A stretch of 64,000 bases of DNA from Macrostomum lignano (Eukaryota): positions 248,801 to 312,800 of the forward strand of contig NIVC01000983.1 of assembly GCA_002269645.1 (NCBI GenBank), given 5' to 3'. Made by a program: the position numbers and the translations under genes. The notes below the pieces were generated by a model. It was given only the letters and a program-made list of their open reading frames with translations. It made no database searches and was not told the DNA's origin. This document shows, one piece after another, positions 50,331 to 64,000 of the stretch; within the stretch, counting starts at the first letter, position 1; each line of letters starts with the position of its first letter.

Positions 50331-52276
50331 TACATGTTTCAGTTTTCCAATCAGATAGATATTGTTTAATATTATGCACAGTATTCTAGCCAATAATATC
50401 AATTTTTGCCTCAAATCTTATATTTATAGTTTATATAACTATATTCCATTTTATATTTACCTCTATCTTACTAACTATAAACAAGTTTTTGTTTGAGAAT
50501 GGATTTCAGAATACATGCAAAAATAGTTCCAAGGGTTAGAATTCCTAGGTTCAAAATCTGTGGGTTTGAACAGCTTCAATAACAGTAGTTTCAGATTATT
50601 ATTTAAACAGTTATTGTAATATAAACAATAATTTTATAAAACAAAGACAAATCTCTATGGTAATTTTCTACCAAAACTAATATATTATATAATGGTTATT
50701 ATCTAAGAGAGGATATTATCTGTTGCGCATGTATGAGTTGGGTTATAAGCTAAGCTAGATTAGTTCAATGATAAAACTACTAAAAAGTTAGGTTTACTAT
50801 TGTAATAATTTATTTAAAATATTTTTTATTAATTTTTTTATTAGTTTATTTATTTAGCCTTATTGTTTAAATTGCAAGTATGTTAATTAACTTTGCTAAA
50901 AGTTTTGTATTGATTATAAAAATATAACTAAATTCTGAGGTATTTTCTCAAAAAATATCCAAAGCATTTTTGTCCAATTAGTTGATAGTAGTTTCATTAA
51001 ATTCAAAGGGCAAAAATAATACATTTTAAATTAAGTACATAGGTTATTGTTTTCTCTATTAAGTTAAAATTAATGTTTTTGATTTGTTTATTATTGCTTT
51101 GCTAAAATATGTTAAAATGTATTTAAAATTAAATTTAATTATTATTAAAAGAATGTGTTTCTAAGAACCAATATAAATTCAATATACAAAACAACAAATT
51201 TTATTTAAAAAATAATCAAATTTATTGTTCTTGAATAGCAGATCACTTAAACTAATGCATTTAAAGTATTGTTTCAATTTTTCTAATTTAAGAAATGTGC
51301 TTCACATTGATCTATTCATTTTATAATTATTTATCTTCCTCTATCCTATCAGAGACATACTTTACTATGACCCTCTATAGGCTTTGTTGATAATAAGTAA
51401 GGTTGCTTTTTGATGATTTTGCATTAATTTAGCAAAGCATCAACCATCTAATATGTCTGAAATGTTTATTTCAATTTCATTGTAAAATCATGATAATATT
51501 TACTTCAGGGGCGGATTGAAGGGGGGGGCCCAAATAGCTTGAAAGAACATATTGTGCCCCCCAAAACCTGAGTTTGCACCCCATACGTACGCATTTTTTG
51601 TGCCTCGTAGCTTAAAAATTGGTGCCCACTTATACTTGTGTTGGTGCCCCAAACTTGGACTGCCCCCCTCCAAATTTTATGGATCTAATAATCTACCTAT
51701 ATTAAGTTAATACTAATTGTTGGTTAACAAAGATAATAAAAGTCAATAGACAAAATCAACATGACCTATAGCTATAACTATAGACCTTAAATTATATTTG
51801 CATCATTCTTAATATAGAATATGGCTAGACTGACCTGTTGGTTGCATAGTACTTCTAGTACAAATACTACAAAGCCTTTGGGTAATTTCCTTACTGGAGA
51901 TATTGCCTTTGATATATTTATGGCATTGCATTTATTCGTAGGCTTATCTCACTTTGGTAGTGACTGCAATCTGTAATTATAACTTATAGCAGCTATGCTA
52001 GTTGTTTTCTATAGTACTATTGTTGGCAATTAAGCATTTGTATATTTTATTGAAAAATATCTCTCTACCCTTCTTGGCTTCTGCATTTTCCAGTTTTGCT
52101 TCTTTGCACTACTTTTTCTTTTCCTTTTCATTCTTTGTTTCTGTGCTTCCTTGTCTCTTTTGAGTTTTGTAATTTTGTAAACTATCCTTGGTCAGCCATG
52201 GTTCTGCCATAGTGTCATAGTCAGCCTTGAACCCATAGTTTCTATTTAGATTGGTACTATTTTTAGTGTTATAATT

Positions 52277-55200
52277 ATGCGTGACTTGAATTTTCTGTGC
52301 GCTGCACGCGCCAGCAAGCACAAGGTGTCGGCGGCGTCGGTGGCAGCGCCTGCGCCATCTTCACCAATGTCGCGTTCTACAACAGCCACAACAGCGGACC
52401 TCTCTTTGTTGTCCAGCGGCTCGTCGCACATGCTGCGCGGCCTGTCAGCATCGGCATCCACTCGCTGCCTGCTCCACCTGAGACTGACCGACGCCGCACT
52501 GCGCTCCCTGGTACAGTTGGCCGGCGATGCCAGCGTCAACTTTGTTGAATCGTCAACAAATGGCGTTGTAGGATTTCTCAGCCTGTCGGACGGTAGTCGG
52601 CTCAATTTGATGTCGAATGACCCGTCTGAGGATCATCGGCCAACAGATCTGGTGCGATTCTCCCATAAATCCCAATCGGCTACTCGGCTGGGCCGATTGC
52701 GGCGGAGACTGACGGTGGACGCTGCGGCTCAGCAGTTGTCTATGGCGGCGGCCTCCTCAGTCACCTCATCGGTGAGTGCTGGATAGCATCATCGGGCATG
52801 CCGAGTCCTACTTCCAGAACCTTGCAATGCTCAGCCAGAATCCCCGATCCTCATGATGCTCAGCCAGAATCCCAGATCCTCATGATGCTCAGCCAGAATC
52901 CCAGATCCTCATGATGCTCAGCCAGAATCCCAGATCCTCATGTTGCTCAGCCAGAATCCCAGATCCTCCTGATGCTCAGCCAGAATCCCAGATCCTCATG
53001 ATGCTCAGCCAGAATCCCAGATCCTAATGATGCTCAGCCAGAATCCCAGATCCTCATGATGCTCAGCCAGAATCCCAGACCCTCATATTGCTCAGCCAGA
53101 ATCCCAGATCCTCCTGATGCTCAGCCAGAATCCCAGATCCTCATGGTGCTCAGCCAGAATCCCAGATCCTAATGATGCTCAGGCAGAATCCCAGATCCTC
53201 CTGATGCTCAGGCAGAATCCCAGATCCTCCTGATGCTCAGCCAGAATCCCAGATCCTCATGATTTTCAGCTAGAATCCCAGACCCTCTGCCCTCATGATT
53301 TTCAGCTAGAATCCCAGATCCTCATGATGCTCAGCCAGAATCCCAGATCCTCCTGATGCTCAGCCAGATTCCCAGATCCTCATGATGCTCAGCCAGAATC
53401 CCAGATCCTAATGATGCTCAGCCAGAATCCCAGATCCTCCTGATGCTCAGCCAGAATCCCAGATCCTCCTGATGCTCAGCCAGAATCCCAGATCCTAATG
53501 ATGCTCAGCCAGAATCCCAGATCCTCATGATGCTCAGCCAGAATCCCCAGATCCGCCATCAGGATCCCGTCGATGCTTATCTAGATAGAAAATTCCAAAA
53601 TTAGATGACCCCGATTCCACAATCTCTCTCAGGCCCACTTGGCGACTGAGCCGACGCTGCGCGATCGCCTTCTGCACCTGCTGGCTGCCAGGCCGCTGAC
53701 TCGGCCGGAGCTGCTGGCCCGACTTCGCGCCGACGGCTTCGCCCAGCCCGATCCGGTGGCCGTGGCCAGCCTGCTAGCCCAGCTGGCTAAACTGCAGGGC
53801 GAAGGTCGCGGATACGGCCTACGACCATGCATGTACCGGGAGGTCCGGCCGGACAGCTGGCCGGGCTACTCGGACACCGAACGAGTGCTGGTTAAACGCC
53901 GAGCTGCAGAGGCCGCAGCCGCCGTCGCTGCTTCTACAACCGCATCTACGGGCAAAGAGAAATCAGGTTGGTAGCGCTGTGTCTTAATCCAGGATTCGAA
54001 CCAAGGACTGAAAATGCGTTGTACTGACTTTTGACCTAAGTTTTTAGCCTCAGTACAGCTTCGGTACAGTTTGTGTCTTCTCTTTTATTCATTGCAGTTG
54101 CCGAGTGCTCAAATTTCGACCGGGCATCTTCATCCGGTGTCCGTAGCGGCAGCGGGGGCAGCAGCGGCAGTAGCAAAGCAAAACTCAATAATGTCAACAA
54201 TAACAATAATAACAACAGTAAGAATAACAACGGCGAGGAATGCTGCCAAATTGATATTGCCAATCTGGCCAACTGCGATCTAGTCGACCTAGCCATGGAT
54301 ATTGACGTCAGCGACGAGGACTTGGACGAAGATGACGACATTGAAGATCCGTTTAATGAGGACGAGTGCAGCGGCACCGACGTGCCGGACGACTCAACAG
54401 CCAGCGTCGACACCGGCGAGACCGGTCGATGGCATCAGAGGCGACGCCAAAGACGAGGACAATCGGCGAATGCCGCCAGGCTGAAGCCAATTCGCAGTGT
54501 AGCTCAGCGGACTGCTTATAAGGTCAGTCAACGACTGAGCTGCCCGATCCCACCGTCAGGATCAAGACATCCCGGATCCCCATCATCGGGATCACAACAT
54601 CCCGAATCCCCATCATCGGGATCACAACATCCCGGATCCCCATCATCGGGATCACAGCATCATGGATACCCATCATCGGGATCACAGCATCATGGATACC
54701 CATCATCGGGATCACAGCATCCCGGATCCCCATCATTGGGATCACTGCATCCTGGATACCCATCATCGGGATCACAGCATCCCGGATCCCCATCATTGGG
54801 ATCACAGCATCCCGGATCCCCATCATTGGGATCACAGCATCCCGGATCCCTATCATCGATTACAGCATCCCGGATCCCCATCATCGGGATCACAGCATCC
54901 CAGATCTCCATTATCAGAATCACAGCGTCCTAGATCCTCTTCATTAGAATCACAGCAACCCAGATATTCATCATCAGAATCACAACATCCCAGATCTCCA
55001 TCATCAGAATCACAGCATCCCAGACCTCCATCATCAGAATCACAGCATCCCAGACCTCCATCATCAGAATCACAGCATCACAAATTCCCATCATCAGAAT
55101 CACAGCATCCCAGACCTCCATCATCAGAATCACAGCATCACAAATTCCCATCATCAGAATCACAGCATCCCAGACCTCCATCAGAATCGCAGCATCCCAG

Positions 55201-55608
55201 ATATGCATAATCAGAATCACAGCAACCCAGATCTCCATCATCAGAATCACAACATCCCAGACCCCCATCATCAGAATCGCAGCATACCAGATCATGAAAA
55301 ATCTTGGCCCGCAGTCGCTGTACGACCGTCACTATCCCGAATATCGCCGCCTGTGGGAGCGAGTTCGTTCAGTCTCGGACGAGGCCGCAGTCCTGGAGAC
55401 TCGCCTGGCGGGCAGCCGGCCCGGCAGCCTAGCGCACTCTGAGGCCAGCGCAGCGATTGTCCGCCTGTACCAGCGCTATCGATACGATGCTGGATTCCGC
55501 GGCGACACCAGACGATGCGGCCGATTGCAACGACGATTGAAACGATTGCGACAGATGATTGAAAATTTCGATGCCGCATCGGGCGAGGAATCTGCACGAG
55601 CCGAATGA
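52277..55608 (+). CDS. ELL: RNA polymerase II elongation factor ELL; exons 52277(start uncertain)-52771, 53633-53966, 54098-54522, 55315-55608
   Basis: LHLRLTDAALRSL (ELL N-domain), LRDRLLHLLAARPLTRPELLARL (winged helix) and QRTAYK|SLYDRHYPEYRRL...RLKRLRQMIENFD (occludin/ELL domain), with in-frame splice sites. Confidence 0.85.
52830..53550. repeat. 29-bp minisatellite (CTCAGCCAGAATCCCAGATCCTCATGATG) in ELL intron 1
   Basis: About 24 units filling most of the intron. Confidence 0.95.
54565..55290. repeat. 30-bp minisatellite (CCCGGATCCCCATCATCGGGATCACAGCAT, grading into a CAGAATCACAGCATCCCAG variant) in ELL intron 3
   Basis: About 24 units. Confidence 0.93.
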
Positions 55609-55699
55609 CCGTCAGAGTTTGTATATCATATTGTTTATGGCAGCCCATAGTTTGAGTGTCCCAGTTTGACTGCTGAGCATTTGACTGGTTAGGGGTTAA

Positions 55700-55940
55700 A
55701 GGGTTAGGGTTTTGGTTACTTTATGGGTTACAGTTAGGGTTACGGCTACGGTTTGGTTAGGGTTAAGGCTACGGTTTGGTTAGGGTTAAGGCTACGGTTT
55801 GGTTAGGGTTAAGGCTACGGTTTGGTTAGGGTTACGGCTACGGTTTGGTTAGGGTTACGGCTACGGTTTGGTTAGGGTTACGGCTACGGTTTGGTTAGGG
55901 TTACGGCTACGGTTTGGTTAGGGTTACGGCTACGGTTTGG
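55700..55940. repeat. 23-bp telomere-like array (GGTTAGGGTTACGGCTACGGTTT) flanked by TTTGACTG/CAGTCAAA inverted ends
   Basis: About 8 units, each containing TTAGGG. Confidence 0.85.
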
Positions 55941-57799
55941 TTCGTTCGGCAGTCAAATTTTGACCCATTGTTTACATTGTTTATACACAATCGACAGTTG
56001 TCGTTTGTGCTGCTGATTTTGTCGTTCAACTCAGGTTCTCCGCATTCTTTAGAGATGAAAACAGAATTTCTCAAATAGGTTTCCTGTGTTGCTTTGTTAA
56101 CTCTCTTCATCTGTCTGGTAGGAAACTGGTTAAACAGTTACCGGTCTGATTTTTATATATTTATATTGTGTTTAAATTCTATCTCGAAAAAAACAACCGA
56201 TGCTAATTAAGTCACTGGATGGGCATGGAGTTTTAAAAATAGCATTTGGAATGAATTAGACATTTGATATACAGCATAGCTCTATGTCAAATTTTTATTT
56301 TAATTGCGGCGTAGCTTCCTACATGTAGTAAAGCAATCAGAGAACATCGAGCGCTCGATATTCTCCGAAAGCAATTCAAACCAACTGACGCACACCTACT
56401 TTCTACATTTCATTGTCAAATGCTATTTTTAGAAGTCCATGGCTAGCCCGTAAAATTTATTGAAAGCTGAATTAGGGTTTCGACCATAGACTGTCGTTTG
56501 GCAATAGGTTAATCTTAGCCACAAAGTGTGTCTATATATTGAGGTAAAGTTATATTGAAACGATTTTGTCTATGGTGAAAACTCTGCTCTACTGGCAAAA
56601 AAATGCAAAATTACAGAAAATATGCATTGATGTTAAACGAATTTTCTCGCTGCAAACTTTGATATAAGTACAAGTTTGAATATTCAGGTTAAAAACTTTG
56701 CCAACAGTAAAACTCATCATCTCTGTTTGTGTACAAAGCTATTGTTTTTTTCACAATTTTTATCGTCTATTTTCTCATTCATCTGTTAAGTAATCAAACT
56801 TGCATTACTAACATTATAAACACTTCATTAGCATATTGAAGCCTTCAAAATTTCATATTTTTGTTTTGTGTATCAAAGAGTTTGAGTTAGGTTTGGTTTA
56901 TGGCTTAGGTTAGGGTTATGTTTTAGGTTAGAGTTAGGTTCGGCAGTGAGTATGTGGCAGTCACAGTAGGTAAAAATGGCAATTTACTAATTATCCTATA
57001 TATTGCATCAATTTATATTTGCAAGAATATATTTGTCGCATTTAAAATATTATAGTGATTTCATAGCCTGCCAATTATTTTGCGCTTATTCATATTACAT
57101 CATTAAGATATTATTATTATTATTCACTTATTAGTTAATGCAATCAAACCTGTTAATTAGCCAGAAGCGCTTTGAATTTGTGTGTGTGTGTGTGTGTGTG
57201 TACATACCTAGTTGGCAACTACATAAACGTATTATTTCTTGTTTTTGCACGTTACTATAGTCTGCTTGCTTGTTTAAATGCAAAATCTATTTTTTTATCT
57301 TCATTGTTCCAACTTAAATTTGCCTTCTTGCTCATCGAACTTCATGAGTTGATCATAAAGTGACGGTTTTGTTTATATCTTTTTTTCTATTTTCTACTCG
57401 CTAATTGGTTTGTTTATATATTTTTGTATTTTTCTCTGTTTTTTAACGGCAGCAGTCTTACCTTTGTTAATACTGTTCTGTAGCTGCTACCAGTACTAAC
57501 TTTAGCCCATTGCTAATTTTTACATGCATATATTTTTGACCGATTGGTGGTTTAAATGAGTTTTGCATATTAGGCAGACTATTTTTTTCTGCCAACTTTT
57601 TGTTTTTGCACTTTTCTCACTGTAGAAAGATGTCAAATGCAAGATAAACTGAGCAGGTCAACAGGTTTTCTTTGGTCTTTGGTTTCTTAAAAAAATTATT
57701 CAATAATTCAGCTTGCTGTGTGCTTCTAAAACTGGGGGTTTGACTCGATTTCAATTCAGGCATTGTTATTTGCGCACTTGTATTTTAGCCAGCTTATAT

Positions 57800-58245
57800 C
57801 ACAGATACTAGAATAACTAGATAAGCCACTCAGCACATTTGCGTTCAAGCTACTTTCAGTTCACAGGGTAAACAGAAGCATTTTAATGTATTTTTAAAGT
57901 CAAGGCTCATTTTTTGGCTCTTACCCCACTCCCCGCCCCAGCTTAAACCCAAGGACGACTTGCTTAAACCCTCAAACCACGCTTTACCCCCCCCCCCGCC
58001 TTGCCCTATTTTTATTGCCTTTCTCGGAATTCCAGCCTAAAGCTGCCATGTACATTTCAGTGGACTGGCTAATGTACATTATGGCTGAACCAATTAGCAA
58101 GCTTTTTACGCCTGCAAGCTTGTAGGCTTCTAAACTTATCGAAGTCTTTTCACTTTTCATCGAAGTGTATTCTTCCTGGCTACTGAACTGAAAGTAGAAA
58201 GCTGTTTTGCTAAGCATATATGCCCGAGTGGCCTATCTATCTGTG
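57800..58245. mobile_element. MITE with CACAGATA termini (inverted homolog of 28297-28755)
   Basis: TIRs and TSD GCTTATAT/GCTGATAT (7/8). Confidence 0.78.
57950..57962. mobile_element. Second P-element excision footprint (13 bp), nested in the MITE
   Basis: CTTAAACC-CAAGGACGACTTG-CTTAAACC. The paralogous MITE has a single 8-mer (GGTTTACG, 28602-28609) at this site. Confidence 0.8.
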
Positions 58246-58599
58246 GCTGATATAAAGTACTGAGATGGCTTAATATACTGCACTGAAACAGCTGCGCGTC
58301 TCTATGGTAACCGATGCCTTGCCTACAGTGTATCACATTGAATCCCTTTTCCCTCCACCACCGATACTAAATGCCTCATTGGACGGTTGCTCGCCTTGAG
58401 ACTCAGTGCTTGTTTGCTTTAGCCGGATAACTCTAAATAAATGAGTGTAAAAAATCATAATTATCTGCAGTTATTAGTAGCCAAGTACAGAATGTTAGGT
58501 ATCGCTGTGTTCGTTTTCATTGGATTGGAGTTCAATGCATGCAGCTAGGCATAAGATTAAATTCTTCCTTTTGTAGGATTCACTGTCACCCTTCTTAGA

Positions 58600-59155
58600 C
58601 CCTCAGTTGCTGGGCCAGCTTCTCAAATCCCCAGTTGCTGGGCCATCCACTCAGATCCTCAGTTGCTGGGCCAGCTTCTCAGATCATCAGTTGTTAGGCC
58701 ATCCTCTCAGATCCTCAGTTGTTAGGCCATCCTCTCAGATCCTCAGTTGCTGGGCCAGCTTCTCAGATCTTCAGTTGCTGGGCCAGCCTCCCAGAGTGTC
58801 AGTTGCTGAGCCAGCCTCCCAGATACTCAGTTGCTGGGCAAGCTTCTCAAATCTTTAGTTGCTGGGCCAGCTTCTCATATCTTCAGTTGCTGGGCTAGCC
58901 TCCCAGAGTGTCAGTTGCTAGGCCAGCCTCCCAGAGTGTCAGTTGCTAGGCCAGCCTCCCAGAGTGTCAGTTGCTAGGCCAGCCTCCCAGAGTGTCAGTT
59001 GCTAGGCCAGCCTCCCAGAGTGTCAGTTGCTAGGCCAGCCTCCCAGAGTGTCAGTTGCTAGGCCAGCCTCCCAGAGTGTCAGTTGCTTCAGATCCCAGCC
59101 TCCCAGAGTGTCAGTTGCTTCAGATCCCAGCCTCCCAGATCCTCAGTTGCTGGGC
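58600..59155. repeat. 28-29-bp minisatellite (CCTCCCAGAGTGTCAGTTGCTAGGCCAG) upstream of KAT5
   Basis: About 19 units ending ~45 bp before a splice acceptor. Confidence 0.92.
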
Positions 59156-59206
59156 CACAGACGCTACCCTATTCTCTATAACCTACCCTATTCTCTATAG
59201 CGTTAG

Positions 59207-61721
<2,515 letters not shown>

Positions 61722-61829
61722 AGATGCAACTTAATGGCTTGTCTAATTTTATAATATGCTAATTAGCCAGCGTGGATTGTTTCTGAACAAATATATCGCA
61801 GCTTGTCCTGCAATCTGGGTTTCTAGGTA

Positions 61830-62670
61830 GACCCAGAGATGTAGGGAGACAATTAGAGATAGACCCAGAGATGTAGGGAGACGATAGACCCAGAGATGTA
61901 GGGAGACAATTAGAGATAGACCCAGAGATGTAGGGAGACGATAGACCCAGAGATGTAGGGAGACAATTAGAGATAGACCCAGAGATCTAGGGAGACAATT
62001 AGAGATAGACCCAGAGATGTAGGGAGACAGTTAGAGATAGACCCAGAGATCTAGGGAGACAATTAGAGATAGACCCAGAGATCTAGGAAGACAATTAGAG
62101 ATCGACCGAGAGATGTAGGGAGACAAATAGAGATCGACCGTGAGATGTAGGGAGACAGTTAGAGATAGACCTAGAGATGTAGGGAGACAATTAGAGATAG
62201 ACCCAGAGATGTAGGGAGACAATTACAGATCGACCGAGAGATGTAGGGAGACAATTAGAGATAGACCCAGAGATGTAATGAGACAATTAGAGATAGACCC
62301 AGAGATGTAATGAGACAATTAGAGATAGACCCAGAGATGTAGGGAGACAGTTAGAGATAGACCCAGAGATGTAGGGAGTCAGTTAGAGATAGACCCAGAG
62401 ATGTAGGGAGACAATTAGAGATCGACCCAGAGATGTAGGGAGACAATTAGAGATAGACCCAGAGATGTAGGGAGACAATTAGAGATCGACCCAGAGATGC
62501 AGGAGACAGTTAGAGATAGACCAGAGATGTAGGGAGACAATTAGAGATAGACCCAGAGATGTAGGGAGACAATTAGAGATAGACCCAGAGATGTAGGGAG
62601 ACAATTAGAGATAGACCAGAGATGTAGGGAGACAATTAGAGATCGACCCAGAGATGTAGGGAGACAATTG
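61830..62670. repeat. 32-bp minisatellite (GACCCAGAGATGTAGGGAGACAATTAGAGATA) 3' of KAT5
   Basis: About 26 units. Confidence 0.95.
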
Positions 62671-63294
62671 ATTTTTTTCTTTAATCTCACCTTCCCACTT
62701 AGGCTTATCCCGTAGGAGTTTTGCTAGATCTTGTATCCCAATATTTGTTATTTATTGTCTTTTGTGTTGGAAAAACTTCGACTGTGAGGCGACTCCTTTG
62801 TGTTTTTAGTCTCTAGAAAGGCATAGCCAACTATTAATTCTATGAGATTATAACCCGTTAGGTTATTAGTTCAGCTACCGGCTCGTAAATATAGAGACTA
62901 AGTAATTCCTTGAAGTCAAAATTTAATTTATATACTACTTTTTCTGTTTTGGTCTATAAAATTTAGTATCGGTTGGCCAGCTGACTTGTACTTCTACTTA
63001 AAGTAGTAAGTAGCTGTCTTAACGATTTTTATACTGTTGTAAATAAAAGTAGGCTGGTTGTCACCGAGCACTGGCAGTTCCTGTATATCATGGTTATATT
63101 TACTAGTATATTTATTTATTATATGCACACTTGTTCAGTGTGCTCTTTGTGTTTGTTAATTTTGACAATAAAATTGCAATGACGTTACTGCTACCCTGTA
63201 TCCAGCTTCTCTGTATTGCGGCGTTTTTTTGTGTCCACTTTTGCTTGCTTTTTTACTATTTTTTGTATATATATTCTATAATATACTGATTGTC

Positions 63295-63605
63295 GATAGG
63301 GATTCTGATTGCTAATGGGGATTTCTGATTGCTAATGGGGATTTCTGATTGCTAATGGGGATTTCTGATTGCTAATGGGGATTTCTGGTTGCTAGGTGGG
63401 ATTCCTGATTGCTAATGGGGATTTCTGATTGCTAATAGGAAATTCTGATTGCTAATGGGGATTTCTGATAGCTAATTGAGGATTCTGGTTGCTAGGTGGG
63501 ATTCCTGATTGCTAATGGGGATTTCTGATTGCTAATGGGATTTCTGGTTGCTAGGTGGATTCCTGATTGCTAATGGGGATTTCTGATTGCTAATGGGGAT
63601 TTTTG
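63295..63605. repeat. 20-bp minisatellite (GATTTCTGATTGCTAATGGG)
   Basis: About 15 units. Confidence 0.92.
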
Positions 63606-64000
63606 ATTTTCGATGTGGATTTCCGATAATTGCTGATAGGATTGTAAGATTTTCAATAGGATAAGATTTTCAATAGGGATTTTTTTATTTCCGATTTTAA
63701 AACTTCTGCTTGTTCTGCGTGTGATTTCTGGGTGTGAATATTGTGAATATATAAAGAAGACTATAGCTACTAATTTGGCAAAAAACTATACTTATTGTAA
63801 AAGACCGATTCTAGTGCGTTTTTCGTACAAGCAAACTTCATCTCTCTCTTACATTCATGAGCTTCACAGTAAGCTTCAGACCTGTTCTAATATCAACACG
63901 CAGTTCTTCTATTTATTGTTCGTCTCTATATTTAATTTATAAAGCAAAATAGCTGTTACAGAGGCTTCACTATGCGCATCTGGAAAACTGAGCACACATT

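Noticed and set aside
49873-50379. Hydrophobic Phe/Leu/Ser-rich ORFs resembling membrane proteins
   Set aside because: These are artefacts of the polypurine tract read on the minus strand.
50511-50735. Additional CATACATG-family MITE
   Set aside because: The right TIR is present, but the left end is degenerate and no TSD was found.
51504-51690. CAGGGGCGGAT-type hAT MITE remnant
   Set aside because: Only the left terminus is recognisable; the right end and TSD are not resolvable.
56225-56441. Inverted repeat CATGGAGTTTTAAAAATAGCATTT / AAATGCTATTTTTAGAAGTCCATG
   Set aside because: Probably an old MITE, but the flanks show no TSD and there is no second copy in the window.

Overview
This is eukaryotic (metazoan) genomic DNA, not prokaryotic. 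GC-rich exons are separated by AT-rich spacers, and almost every large intron carries its own minisatellite. That style resembles a free-living flatworm such as Macrostomum (inference, not verified). Ten housekeeping genes were modelled from splice signals and protein motifs: RNF10 (-, partial), a SPOP-like MATH-BTB gene (-), PSMF1/PI31 (+), SUGT1 (+), HIBCH (+), MRPL22 (+, apparent frameshift), a calumenin/reticulocalbin gene (+), SEC62 (-), ELL (+) and KAT5/Tip60 (+). The most striking non-genic signal is a P-element system: one internally deleted THAP-transposase element, eight MITEs with CA...TG ends and 8-bp target-site duplications (TSDs), and two tiny excision footprints (24 bp and 13 bp of fused transposon ends between perfect 8-bp TSDs). 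Other candidates worth testing are a spliced-leader-supplied start codon for HIBCH within a possible operon, minisatellites born from SINE and MITE sequence, and strong C-to-T decay at CpG and CpA in some repeat copies. All coordinates and counts were read by hand, and no database search was run.
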